In this document: one piece after another, positions 1 to 9,356 of the stretch | How the letters are laid out: the number at the start of each line of letters is the position of its first letter | How positions within the stretch are numbered: the stretch's first letter is position 1 | NCBI GenBank assembly: GCA_002349565.1 | Contig: DEDN01000035.1 | Location: forward strand, 74,812 to 138,811 | DNA: 64,000 nucleotides | Direction: 5' to 3' | DNA from: Alphaproteobacteria bacterium UBA2903 | Lineage (GTDB): Bacteria; Pseudomonadota; Alphaproteobacteria; CAAGCB01; CAG-977 | Made by a program: the position numbers and the translations under genes | The notes under the pieces: model-generated | Told to the model about the DNA's origin: nothing | Database searches by the model: none | What the model saw: only the letters and a program-made list of their open reading frames with translations

Positions 1-441
1 CAGCGCACCTACAAAGGTTTGGAAACGGCGACGACCGCGTATACGATGGGGATTTACACAGATGAAACCTATCCCGGTTCCGGTTCAACAGGATCAAATG
101 CTTACGGCGGTTCGATTGTCATTACTGCGTTTCCCGCGGCTGCGCCTCACTATTTTGCGATTACCTACAACGGTCTGCCGCAGGATGCATGCACGCGTAT
201 GACGATGGCTGATTGGGGCGACGCTTCTTCCGGTTTGGTCGGATTGGTGGCTAAAGGAACGGCTCAAGCTGACGGTGTGTCGGCGGTTCCGGCTAATGCG
301 GCTGTTGCGGATGGCGCAGGGACGTTCCTGACATCCTCCAGAGAGGAAGCGACCGGTGTTCCTGTTCCGTTGTCTTCGGCAGTACAAGCGTGCAAAGGGG
401 ATACGGATAACATTTCGTCGATTTCGTGGATTTACCGTTAA
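1..441 (+). CDS. C-terminal part of a secreted or pilin-like protein, partial at window start
   Basis: The frame is open from base 1 with no start codon, so the ORF continues upstream of the window. The sequence is Gly/Ala/Thr-rich with two spaced Cys near the C-terminus (DACTRM ... QACKGD), which resembles the disulfide-bonded C-terminal region of pilin-like proteins. A hairpin terminator follows. Confidence 0.3.
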   Translation, partial: QRTYKGLETATTAYTMGIYTDETYPGSGSTGSNAYGGSIVITAFPAAAPHYFAITYNGLPQDACTRMTMADWGDASSGLVGLVAKGTAQADGVSAVPANAAVADGAGTFLTSSREEATGVPVPLSSAVQACKGDTDNISSISWIYR

Positions 442-461
442 TCGGCTGACGGATTTGGAAA

Positions 462-492
462 AAGGGGCGGGTTTGCCCCTTTTTCTGTTTTT
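462..492 (+). terminator. Rho-independent terminator
   Basis: A GC stem (aggggcgggtttgcccct) is followed by a T-run (ttttctgtttttt). Confidence 0.6.
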
Positions 493-582
493 TCCGTGCA
501 AGTATCGGCACAAGTGCCGACCAATCACGGGATTGCTTCACCCGCTTCGCGGGTTCGCAAGTTCGAGTTTGGGTTTTTCCTC

Positions 583-632
583 CTACGGGCAGTAGTCCCC
601 CTACGGGCAGTAGTCCCCCCTACGGGCAGTAG
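583..632. repeat. Three tandem copies of an 18-19 bp unit (CTACGGGCAGTAGTCCCC), upstream of the MATE gene
   Basis: ctacgggcagtag is read three times at about 583, 601 and 620. Each unit carries a small internal inverted repeat, CTAC...GTAG. Confidence 0.7.
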
Positions 633-739
633 GAAAAAACTTGACATCGTTTTTCAATCCTCATCGGAGGTTAAAGACCGGATAAGATGACTGGGTAAAA
701 CCAATCATTTTATCCGATTTTTTGTATATGGAGTGAAAA

Positions 740-2070
740 ATGGATTTCGGCAGCGACAAAATTTCGACTTTGTTCGGCAAACTGTTTTTTCCGACTCTGG
801 CTGGAATGCTGAGTTTATGCGCCGTAACGGCGGCGGACGGCATTTTTATCGGACACGGAATCGGCGGCGACGGCATCGCGGCGGTCAATATTTGCGTTCC
901 GCCGCTGATGTTTTTTACAGGCTTCGGTTTGATGGCGGGTATCGGCGGGTCTGTCATTGCGTCGATTGCTTTGTCCAAAGGAAAAATCAAGCGCGCCCGC
1001 TTTAATTTGACCCAATCCATGATTTTTGTTACCGCCGTTATGATGTTTTTTGTCGCGCTGATTATGCTTTTCCCTGAAAAAACGGCGCGGCTGTTAGGGG
1101 CTTCCGACCATCTGTTGAAAATGGTCGTTGACTATCTGCTGTGGTTTGTTCCGGGATTGATCTTTCAAATGTGGGGTGCAGTCGCGCTGTTTTACATCCG
1201 ATTGGACGGCGCGCCAAAATTGGCAATGTGGTGCAACGTCGTTCCCGCTGCGTTAAACGTGGCGTTGGATTGGCTGTTTATTTTCCCGTTCGGGTGGAGT
1301 GTCATGGGGGCGGCGTTTGCTTCGGCTTTGTCTATGGCTGCGGGCGGTGTGACGGCAGTAATTTATTTGCTGTTTTATGCCAAGACGCTGCGGTTTTATC
1401 CCGTTAAGATCGGGCTGCGCGGGTTTCATCTGTTTTGGGAAAACATTTTGACACAATGCCGCATCGGATCGTCCGCTTTGCTGGGGGAAAGCACGATGGC
1501 GATGCTGATGTTCGTCGGCAACCAAGTGTTTATGCGGTATTTGGGTGATGACGGCGTGGGCGCGTTCGGAATTTGCTGTTATTATATGCCGTTTGTGTTC
1601 ATGGTCGGAAACGCCATAGCCCAATCCGCTCAGCCGATTATCAGTTACAATTACGGATTGAGCGACAACGCCCGCGTCGCCCAAGCCGAACATGTTGCGT
1701 TGAAGACCGCTCTTTTGTGCGGCGCGGCATCAACGGCGGCGTTTGCCTTGTTTCCCCGTCAGGCGGTCGGTTTGTTCCTGAACCCTGCGGAAAACGCGGC
1801 AAAGTTGGCAATAGAGGGCTTTCCGTACTTTGCGGCGGGCTTTGTCTGTTTTGTGCTGAATTTGACGGGTATCGGTTATTTCCAAAGCGTGGAAAAGCTG
1901 CTTCCCGCAACCGCGTTCGCTTTGCTGCGCGGCGTTGTGTTTTTGACGGCGGCGTTTTACGTTTGCCGACGATGTGGGGAACAGCAGGCATCTGGCTTGC
2001 CATGCCCGTGTCCGAAACGCTGACTGCGGCGGCAATGGGGGTGTATTGGATAAAAAGAAAGCGGCGCTAA
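740..2070 (+). pseudogene. MATE family multidrug efflux transporter with an apparent frameshift near 1965-1975
   Basis: The ORF at 740..2023 is a 427-aa MATE-like polytopic membrane protein. The true C-terminus (LPTMWGTAGIWLAMPVSETLTAAAMGVYWIKRKRR) lies in another frame and ends at 2070. The two frames are joined by a 1-nt shift in a T-run after FYV. Confidence 0.6.
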
Positions 2071-2258
2071 GCGTCGCTTTTATCGTTTTCGTCGCGTTCA
2101 ATGCGGGGTGTTTCGGCGGCGGGGATTGCCCCCATTTCCAAACCGCACCACGCGCACCAGATTTCTTCGCGTTCATTAAACGCATCATTTTGCAAAGCAA
2201 TTACTTTGCTTTTTTTGCCGCAATGCGGACAAACAATTTCGTAGACAACCTCTTGCAT
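2067..2258 (-). CDS. Small zinc-ribbon protein (CPHC...CAWC)
   Basis: A 63-aa ORF has two CxxC pairs. Its start overlaps the stop of the upstream 750-aa gene. Confidence 0.5.
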   Translation of the reverse strand: MQEVVYEIVCPHCGKKSKVIALQNDAFNEREEIWCAWCGLEMGAIPAAETPRIERDENDKSDA

Positions 2259-4510
2259 TATCTGCCTCCAGTTTTTGCTTTCAGCAAAGTAACATTTTTC
2301 GCTTTGTTGCGTTCGGCGGCTTTGGTACGGACTTGCGCCATGATTTTAAACATGCCTTCGCGGTCTTTAATCATTTTAAGGAAGTCCTGCGGCGTTTTAA
2401 AGCCAGCCATCGGCAAACCGACCAGATTGATGTCGCGTCCCGTGGTGTCTTTGATAAACGAATCGCGCTTGCCCGAATTGTACACGGCGGGGTACTGCAT
2501 CACGGGAACGGGTTTGCCCGTCGATGTTTTGTCGCCCGGAATTTGTCCCGCGGGAATAATCGGATTTCCGTTTTTGTTCAAACGAATGTCATCGACGTTG
2601 ACGTCCATTTTCGCCCACGGATAATGCAGCTGTTGATAAAACGCGTCGCGAATGCCGAACGAAACCAGCTTGTGCGAACGGTTTTTGCGAATCAGCCAGC
2701 AAAGGGTATGTTCCTCCAAGCTGTGATTCTTCCCCGATTCGTCGACGATATACTTGCCGTCCGCCGTTTTTTCGGGATTGTACAGCTGATCCTTGCCGTC
2801 CTTTTGCCGCATTTGAACGGGCATCATGACTTGAACGTCCGCAGTGCGCAATTCGGTGTCGAAAACAGAGTAAAACTCGGCAATGTCTTTGTCGTGTTTT
2901 TCAATCCGTCCGCCGTGCAAAACACGGAGACTCATCGCCCGCAAAGAAGCGTCCATCTGTTTTTTCTGCCAAGTGTCAAACATAATTTGTTTGACCTGCG
3001 CGTGGTGGCGGCAATCCCCCATGCCCAAAGCGAAAATGGCGGAAATATTCGTTCTGGAATCAATGCCTTTATCCTTTTCGCCGATGACTTTTCCCGTCGC
3101 TTGCAATACGGATTTGACCGTTGTGTCATACAGCGATTCGCCTGTTTTCGGGTCTTTTTCAAACGCGTTGTTTTCCATGTGAAGACCGCTGTTTGCAAAG
3201 TTTTCCGTGGAAAACGTTTGGCGGATGAAACGGTCGGCGATTTTGATAAACGCTTCTGGATCGCGGATGTCGGTCAGCGGTTTGTTCATATCTACACCAT
3301 CAACGGGGGTGTCCAATTTAATTCCCAGTTCATTGGGGGACATGGAAATAAGCCCCTCGAACAAACGCAAGTCTTTGCGGGATAAGGCGTGATCGGGCAG
3401 CTGTCCGCCGAACGCCATATTGCCGCTGATGCGGTTCGCTCCGCGGAACGCCGATCCGCAGCCGCGGTAGCTGTAGCTTTTTTCAATGACGGCGCGCAAT
3501 TTCGGATCTTCGGTGAACGAACGTTTTTCCCGACCGGAGGAAATCTCCCAGCTGAAAGAAATGGAAGAATTGTCTGCAGTGCGGGCTTTCATCAAATCCA
3601 TGCTCAGAGTCGCTTTGCGGAGATCGCTTGCCTCTTCCAGCCGTTTTTGAGCAAAAACCAAAGCCTGCGACGGCATTTCTTCCCCGATTTTTTTCAAATC
3701 CCGCAGAATATCGGAAAATTCCCAAGGACGGGTAATGATGTTTTCCAACCGGTCGCACAGGAGTTCAACCTGTTTTTTGTTTGCCCCCGCAATGCAGGCG
3801 GCCTGCAAGGCGGCGGCCGTGCAGAAGTAATCATTGGATTCTTCCGCCCCGTCGCGCAAAGTCGCCAGATACACGACGTTCGCCAACTCGGCGGCTCTGT
3901 ATTTATTGCCCGCCAGTATATTGGCGTGAACGGCTTGGATGCCGACGGACGATTCCAATGTTTTTAAAAAACCTTCTTCTAATGCGAAGCGGGAATTGGC
4001 ATAATATTGTTCCGCCTGGAAGCCTGTCGACTTTTGAGCGATGTAACGGTTGATTCTGCCGATGTTTTCATAGCTGACGCCGTAGCCGTGCCCTTCGTCA
4101 ATCAGGTCTTGGGAGATTTTGATGGACGTTTTGTAGTCGAACATTTTATCGACCAGTTCGTTGCTGCCCCGCCAAACTTTACGGTAGGCGACGGCCAATT
4201 CCTCGCGCACCATGGGGGCGTCTTTGAAATCTTTGTTTTCGGCGGCTTTGTACAAGTCTATCATGCGGTCGAACGCGTGCAAATCCATATAAGCCGTATA
4301 CAGGCGCATCAATTTCGCCGATGACAAATCATCAAGTCCCTGCGCTGCAATGGCATCCAATTTTTCGATTTTTAAATTTTTGTCCTTTTTGCTTCCGTTC
4401 ATGGCGTTTTCCACCGCGGCGACAAAATCCCGACGTTTCAAAGTCCTGTTCCGGCTTTGATCAAACGAGTTCGGCAAATCGGAAAAGCTGAATAAATTAT
4501 CGTGTTCCAT
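2258..4510 (-). CDS. Large hypothetical protein (750 aa) with a possible transglutaminase-like Cys motif (GMGDCRHHA)
   Basis: A long uninterrupted ORF with codon usage consistent with the neighbouring genes. No family is recognised with confidence. The G-x-C-x-x-H-A motif at about residue 500, with downstream His and Asp, loosely matches a transglutaminase/papain-like core. Confidence 0.6.
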   Translation of the reverse strand: MEHDNLFSFSDLPNSFDQSRNRTLKRRDFVAAVENAMNGSKKDKNLKIEKLDAIAAQGLDDLSSAKLMRLYTAYMDLHAFDRMIDLYKAAENKDFKDAPMVREELAVAYRKVWRGSNELVDKMFDYKTSIKISQDLIDEGHGYGVSYENIGRINRYIAQKSTGFQAEQYYANSRFALEEGFLKTLESSVGIQAVHANILAGNKYRAAELANVVYLATLRDGAEESNDYFCTAAALQAACIAGANKKQVELLCDRLENIITRPWEFSDILRDLKKIGEEMPSQALVFAQKRLEEASDLRKATLSMDLMKARTADNSSISFSWEISSGREKRSFTEDPKLRAVIEKSYSYRGCGSAFRGANRISGNMAFGGQLPDHALSRKDLRLFEGLISMSPNELGIKLDTPVDGVDMNKPLTDIRDPEAFIKIADRFIRQTFSTENFANSGLHMENNAFEKDPKTGESLYDTTVKSVLQATGKVIGEKDKGIDSRTNISAIFALGMGDCRHHAQVKQIMFDTWQKKQMDASLRAMSLRVLHGGRIEKHDKDIAEFYSVFDTELRTADVQVMMPVQMRQKDGKDQLYNPEKTADGKYIVDESGKNHSLEEHTLCWLIRKNRSHKLVSFGIRDAFYQQLHYPWAKMDVNVDDIRLNKNGNPIIPAGQIPGDKTSTGKPVPVMQYPAVYNSGKRDSFIKDTTGRDINLVGLPMAGFKTPQDFLKMIKDREGMFKIMAQVRTKAAERNKAKNVTLLKAKTGGR

Positions 4511-4626
4511 GATGCAGAATCCTTTTTGACTTGATTATCATAAAATTTAGCAAAAACAGCCCCGCCATTCAAGTGTTTTTGGACAAAAAATAAATTTCCG
4601 AAAATGGCGGATTTCCAAAGAAAACC

Positions 4627-4655
4627 TTGACAGTACAAGGGAAAATGCTTATTAC
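4627..4655 (+). promoter_or_regulatory. Sigma70-like promoter (TTGACA-N17-TATTAC) for the P-type ATPase
   Basis: TTGACA lies at 4627-4632 and TATTAC at 4650-4655, with exactly 17 nt between them. This is about 50 nt upstream of the likely ATG at 4708. Confidence 0.5.
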
Positions 4656-4707
4656 TGATAAAAATTTTTTTGCGGTATTAGGGCCGCATCGTGAACGGGA
4701 GTGCCGA

Positions 4708-7365
4708 ATGGACGCCTATCTACAAACGAAAGAACAAGTTTTAAACAATCTGGAAGTATCCGAAAACAAAGGATTGTCCGAAGAACAGGCGGTCGATAAC
4801 GCCGTTCGTTTCGGGACGAATTCCTTGTCCAAACCGCCAAAGGAATCTTTGATGAAAAAAATCGTCGATTCCCTGTTGGAACCGATGGTGCTGATGCTGA
4901 TCGTCGCGGCGATGATTGCCGTCGGCGTCAACGTTATTCGCGATATAAACGGGGAACCGACCGAATACATAGAATGTGTCGGCATCGTTATCGCAATCGG
5001 ACTGTCCGTTGCCATCTCCTTAACCATGGAGGGAAAGTCCGCAAAGGCGTTCGAGGCTTTGAACAAAATCAAAGATGATGTGCCCGCAAAAGTTTTCCGC
5101 AACGGAAAAGTTCGTCTTATCAGCCAAAAAGATTTGGTCGTCGGCGATATCGTCTGCATCGAAACGGGTGCAAAAGTTCCCGCAGACGGCCGTTTAATCG
5201 AAAGTCGGGATTTGCAGGCGGAAGAAGCGTCCCTGACCGGAGAAAGCGAACCCGTCAAAAAAGATGCGGATTGGGTGGCAAAAGACATTGACACTCCGCT
5301 TGCCGAACGCAGAAACATGCTTTATTCGGGGACTTTCATCACGGCGGGGGCGGGACGCATGATTGTCACCGCCGTCGGCGACGAAACGGAATTCGGCGTG
5401 ATTGCTCGCGAATTGTCCGCAACGGAAAAAGCGTTGACGCCTTTGCAGGAAAAACTGGCTCATTTGGGAAAAGTCATTGCCGTGTGGGGTGTTTCCATGG
5501 CAGGGTTGGCGTTCATCATTCAGCTGTGTTATTTTTTGGCGCGCGGAACCGCCAGCGTTTCAACGGTTTCCGAGGCGTTCATTGCCAGCATCGTGCTGAT
5601 TGTCGCCGCCGTTCCCGAAGGATTGCCTACGACGGTTGCGATTTGCTTGGCAATCAATATTATCAAGATGTCCAAAGAAAACGCTTTGGTCAAAAAAATG
5701 GTCGCGTGCGAAACCATCGGCTGCATCAACGTGATTTGTTCGGATAAAACGGGGACGCTGACGGAAAACCGCATGACGGTCATCGAGGTCTGCGAAGACG
5801 GCAAAATCAAACAGCCTCAAGACGTTTCCAATGAAAACCTGCTGCTGAATTTTTGTTTGAATTCGACGGCGGATATCGGATTTGAAGAGAACAGTTACAC
5901 CTTTATCGGCAATCCGACCGAATGTGCTTTGCTGGTCGCGACGGACAAGGCCGGCAAGGATTATCAAGCTATCCGCCGCTCGCGTGCTTTGGCTCACACT
6001 TATCCGTTTTCGTCGGAAACGAAAAATATGACGACAATCGTCGAAGCCGGCGGTGTTGCGACGGCTTATACAAAAGGCAGTCCCGAAAAAATCCTGTCGA
6101 TGTGTCCGCTGTCGGATGCGGAGCTAAAACATTATGAAGAGATGATTCGGGCGTTTCAGGAAAAAGCGTACCGCGTTATCGGTTTTGCGCATAAAACGTT
6201 GGATCAAATTCCCGCCGACTTTGAGGCCGCACGCACTTCGGTTGAAAGCGGCATGATTTTCGACGGCTTTGCGGCGATTGCAGATCCGTTGCGCAAAGAA
6301 GTTTTTGAAGCCGTTCGCAACTGTCGCGACGCAGGTATCGATATTAAAATGCTGACGGGCGACAACATTGTTACCGCTTCTGCGATTGCCCGCGAACTGC
6401 AACTGCTTGGCGATGATCATATTGCGGTCGAGGCGCGCGACATCAACGATATTTCAGACAAGGAATTGGCGGCTATGTTGCCAAAAATCCGCGTCATCGC
6501 GCGCAGCACGCCCGTAATTAAAATGCGCGTCGTCAAATTGTTGAAAGAATTGGGTGCCGTCGTTGCCGTAACGGGCGATGGCATCAATGACGCTCCGGCG
6601 ATTAAAAACGCCGATATCGGGCTTGCCATGGGTATTTCGGGAACGGAAGTTTCCAAAGAAGCCAGCGACGTCGTTTTGCTGGACGATTCTTTTTCCACCA
6701 TTGTCAAAGCCATTCAATGGGGACGCGGTATTTATGAAAACTTCCAGCGGTTCATCCTGTTCCAGCTGACGGTCAATCTGTCGTCAGTCGTTGTTGTCTT
6801 GGCGTCGATTATCGCGGGATTTCCGACTCCGTTCACCGCGCTTGAACTGTTGTGGGTGAATTTGATTATGGACGGCCCCCCCGCTTTGACGCTGAGCTTG
6901 GAGCCGATTCGCAGTTCTTTGATGAAAAACAAGCCGACCCCGCGAAATGCAAGCATTGTATCGCGCGAAATGCTGGTTCGGATTATTTTTGGCGGATTGT
7001 TCATTTCGGCGCTGTTCATGCTTCAAACATTCCGCAACGTTCTGGGTGCGACGCCGGAACAGCAGGGGACGGTTTTGTTTACGCTGTTCGTGATGTTCCA
7101 GTTGGTCAACGCGTTCAACTGCCGCGAATTGACGCATGACAGTTTGTTTAGGCATTTCTTTGACAACAAATTGATGTTGGTTGCGTTTGCCTGCACATTC
7201 CTGCTTCAAGTCGCCATTACGCAGTACGGGACTGTCGTGTTCGGAACGGTTCCTTTGCCGTTGGCGATGTGGGTGAAAATAACGGCGTTGTCCGCAACCG
7301 TCATTTTTGTGTCCGAGGTGTTTAAAATCGCTAACAGACTTTATGCCAAATTCAAAGAAAACTAA
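4708..7365 (+). CDS. P-type cation-transporting ATPase (Ca2+/Mg2+ type, P2/P3 family)
   Basis: The DKTGTLT phosphorylation motif, TGDN and VTGDGINDAPAIKNADIGLAMG are present, with about 10 TM segments. The track ORF begins at 4627, but the conserved N-terminus starts at MDAYLQTKEQVL (ATG at 4708). Confidence 0.9.
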   Translation: MDAYLQTKEQVLNNLEVSENKGLSEEQAVDNAVRFGTNSLSKPPKESLMKKIVDSLLEPMVLMLIVAAMIAVGVNVIRDINGEPTEYIECVGIVIAIGLSVAISLTMEGKSAKAFEALNKIKDDVPAKVFRNGKVRLISQKDLVVGDIVCIETGAKVPADGRLIESRDLQAEEASLTGESEPVKKDADWVAKDIDTPLAERRNMLYSGTFITAGAGRMIVTAVGDETEFGVIARELSATEKALTPLQEKLAHLGKVIAVWGVSMAGLAFIIQLCYFLARGTASVSTVSEAFIASIVLIVAAVPEGLPTTVAICLAINIIKMSKENALVKKMVACETIGCINVICSDKTGTLTENRMTVIEVCEDGKIKQPQDVSNENLLLNFCLNSTADIGFEENSYTFIGNPTECALLVATDKAGKDYQAIRRSRALAHTYPFSSETKNMTTIVEAGGVATAYTKGSPEKILSMCPLSDAELKHYEEMIRAFQEKAYRVIGFAHKTLDQIPADFEAARTSVESGMIFDGFAAIADPLRKEVFEAVRNCRDAGIDIKMLTGDNIVTASAIARELQLLGDDHIAVEARDINDISDKELAAMLPKIRVIARSTPVIKMRVVKLLKELGAVVAVTGDGINDAPAIKNADIGLAMGISGTEVSKEASDVVLLDDSFSTIVKAIQWGRGIYENFQRFILFQLTVNLSSVVVVLASIIAGFPTPFTALELLWVNLIMDGPPALTLSLEPIRSSLMKNKPTPRNASIVSREMLVRIIFGGLFISALFMLQTFRNVLGATPEQQGTVLFTLFVMFQLVNAFNCRELTHDSLFRHFFDNKLMLVAFACTFLLQVAITQYGTVVFGTVPLPLAMWVKITALSATVIFVSEVFKIANRLYAKFKEN

Positions 7366-7400
7366 AAAAAGGGGGCTTGATAACTCAAGCCCCTTTTTCC
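7364..7400. terminator. Bidirectional rho-independent terminator between the ATPase and htpG
   Basis: An A-run is followed by the hairpin gggggcttga...tcaagcccc and then a T-run. It sits between two convergent genes. Confidence 0.7.
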
Positions 7401-7416
7401 GTAAGGGTTTTTCGGA

Positions 7417-9279
7417 TTATTTCACGGCTTGCAGCATAAAGTCCGTGACGCGCTGAGAAAACGCCGCGGGGTCGCCGATGGGTTCGCCTTCGATGATTTT
7501 GGCTTGGTCGAACAAAACCTGCACCATCGCGCGGTTCGCATCCGATTTGTCGCCCGCCGCGACCTTTTGCGCCAGCAGTTTAATCAGCGGGTGGCGCGGG
7601 TTCAAATCGAAATACCGCGTTGACGCGTACAGCGTCGGCTGATTGTGCTGTTTCATCAGGCGTTCCAAGTGAATGGACACTTCGCCGTCGCCCGCCGACA
7701 ACGCCACGGGGCTTTTGGTCAGACGTTCGGTCGAACGGACTTCCTTGACTTCATCGCCGACGACTTCCTTGGCGAAAGCTTTCAGCGCGTCCATGTCGGC
7801 ATCCGCCGCCTTTTCGTCCGCGTTGCCGTCGACAATCGGGAAGCTTTCCAAATCGACCGCCCCCATTTGCACGGATTTGATTGTCTTTTCCTTGTACTGC
7901 GTCAGCCCCTGCGGCCAAAATTCGTCAATCGGGTCGATCAGAAGCAGGACTTCCAATCCGCGCGCGGCAAAGCCCTCCAACTGCGGATTGTGGCGCAAAA
8001 CGCCCAAATTGTCGCCCGTGATGTAGTAAATGCTTTTCTGGTCGGGCTTCATGCGGGAAATGTAGGCATCAAGCGTGGTCAGCTCCTCGCCGTTTGTCGA
8101 GTAAAAGCGGCACAAATCTGCGATTTCTTCGCGGTTGGACTGGTCTTCGAACAATCCTTCTTTCAGCACCGCGCCGAAAGCGTCCCAGAATTTCAAATAA
8201 TCCTGTTCGTTTTCGGAACGTTTCTTCAGTTCGCCCAAAATGCGGCGCGTGACGCCCGTTTTGATTTTCGCCAGCACGGGCGTTTTTTGCAGCATTTCGC
8301 GGCTGACGTTCAGCGGCAGTTCTTTGGTGTCGATGATGCCCTGCACGAAACGCAGATAGTTCGGCAGAATGTCGGGCGTCTGATCGGTAATGAAAACGCG
8401 GTTGATGTACAGCTGGATTTGCGCGTTGCGGTTGGGCTGAAAGATGTCGAACGGCGTTTTCGTCGGAATGAACATCAAAGCCGTGTATTCAATCGTTCCT
8501 TCGGCGCGGTAATGCAAAGTGTCCCACGGATCGTCGAACGCTTTGGAAATATGGCGGTAAAAGTCGTTGTACTGTTTTTGCGTGATTTCGGCTTTGTTGC
8601 GCGTCCAAAGGGCGCTTGCCTGGTTGATTGTTTCCGTTTCACCCAAATAGTGCATGACGACGGGAAAAGAAATGTGGTCGGAAAACTGGCGTACAATCGT
8701 GCGGACGTCGCCCGCTTCGGAATAGTTATAATGGTCGGGCTTCAAGAACAGCTTGACTTGCGTTCCGCGGGGAACGTCCGGTTCTTCGGCGACGGTGAAA
8801 TCGCCGTGTCCCGTCGACGTCCACAGCCAGCCTTGTTCTTCGCCCGCCTTGCGGGAACGGACTTCGACTTTTTCCGCAACCATGAAAGCGGAATAAAAGC
8901 CCACGCCGAACTGTCCGATAATGGTCGCGTCCTTTTGGCGGTCGCCCGTCAGGTTGTTCAGAAATTCGGCGGAACCCGAACGTCCGATACTGCCCAAGTC
9001 TTTAATCAAGTCGTCGCGGTTCATGCCGATTCCGTTGTCGGCGATGGTCAAAGTATGCGCGTCTTTGTCGGGGGTAATGTCGATTTTGAATTCGCCGCCC
9101 TCTTTGGCGATGTCGGGGCGGGTAATCGCCGCATAGCGCAGTTTGTCGCACGCGTCGGACGCGTTGGACACCAGTTCGCGCAGAAAAATATCCGTATTGG
9201 AATACAAAGCGTTGACGACAATATCCAGAACTTTGCCGACTTCCGCTTGGAATTGCATTTTTTCTTCAGCCATAGACAT
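7417..9279 (-). CDS. htpG: Molecular chaperone HtpG (Hsp90)
   Basis: The N-terminal GHKL ATPase motifs (ELVSNASDA, IADNGIGM, GQFGVGFYS) are present. The length is about 620 aa with a C-terminal dimerisation region. Confidence 0.9.
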   Translation of the reverse strand: MSMAEEKMQFQAEVGKVLDIVVNALYSNTDIFLRELVSNASDACDKLRYAAITRPDIAKEGGEFKIDITPDKDAHTLTIADNGIGMNRDDLIKDLGSIGRSGSAEFLNNLTGDRQKDATIIGQFGVGFYSAFMVAEKVEVRSRKAGEEQGWLWTSTGHGDFTVAEEPDVPRGTQVKLFLKPDHYNYSEAGDVRTIVRQFSDHISFPVVMHYLGETETINQASALWTRNKAEITQKQYNDFYRHISKAFDDPWDTLHYRAEGTIEYTALMFIPTKTPFDIFQPNRNAQIQLYINRVFITDQTPDILPNYLRFVQGIIDTKELPLNVSREMLQKTPVLAKIKTGVTRRILGELKKRSENEQDYLKFWDAFGAVLKEGLFEDQSNREEIADLCRFYSTNGEELTTLDAYISRMKPDQKSIYYITGDNLGVLRHNPQLEGFAARGLEVLLLIDPIDEFWPQGLTQYKEKTIKSVQMGAVDLESFPIVDGNADEKAADADMDALKAFAKEVVGDEVKEVRSTERLTKSPVALSAGDGEVSIHLERLMKQHNQPTLYASTRYFDLNPRHPLIKLLAQKVAAGDKSDANRAMVQVLFDQAKIIEGEPIGDPAAFSQRVTDFMLQAVK

Positions 9280-9356
9280 AAACCTCCTTGTATCTGACCG
9301 CCCTTTTACTTATGTTTTAAGGACGGTTTTTTCAAGCCCCGCAAAGGAAAAAAACA

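Noticed and set aside
1573-2070. 165-aa plus-strand ORF treated as a separate gene
   Set aside because: Only its last ~35 codons are meaningful. They are the true C-terminus of the frameshifted MATE transporter.
2333-3385. 350-aa plus-strand ORF
   Set aside because: It is antisense to the 750-aa gene and its composition is that of a shadow ORF.
4656-4707. Possible riboswitch in the ATPase leader
   Set aside because: The 5' UTR is only about 50 nt and no conserved riboswitch core was recognised.
7645-9297. 550-aa plus-strand ORF
   Set aside because: It is antisense to htpG and has no recognisable domain.
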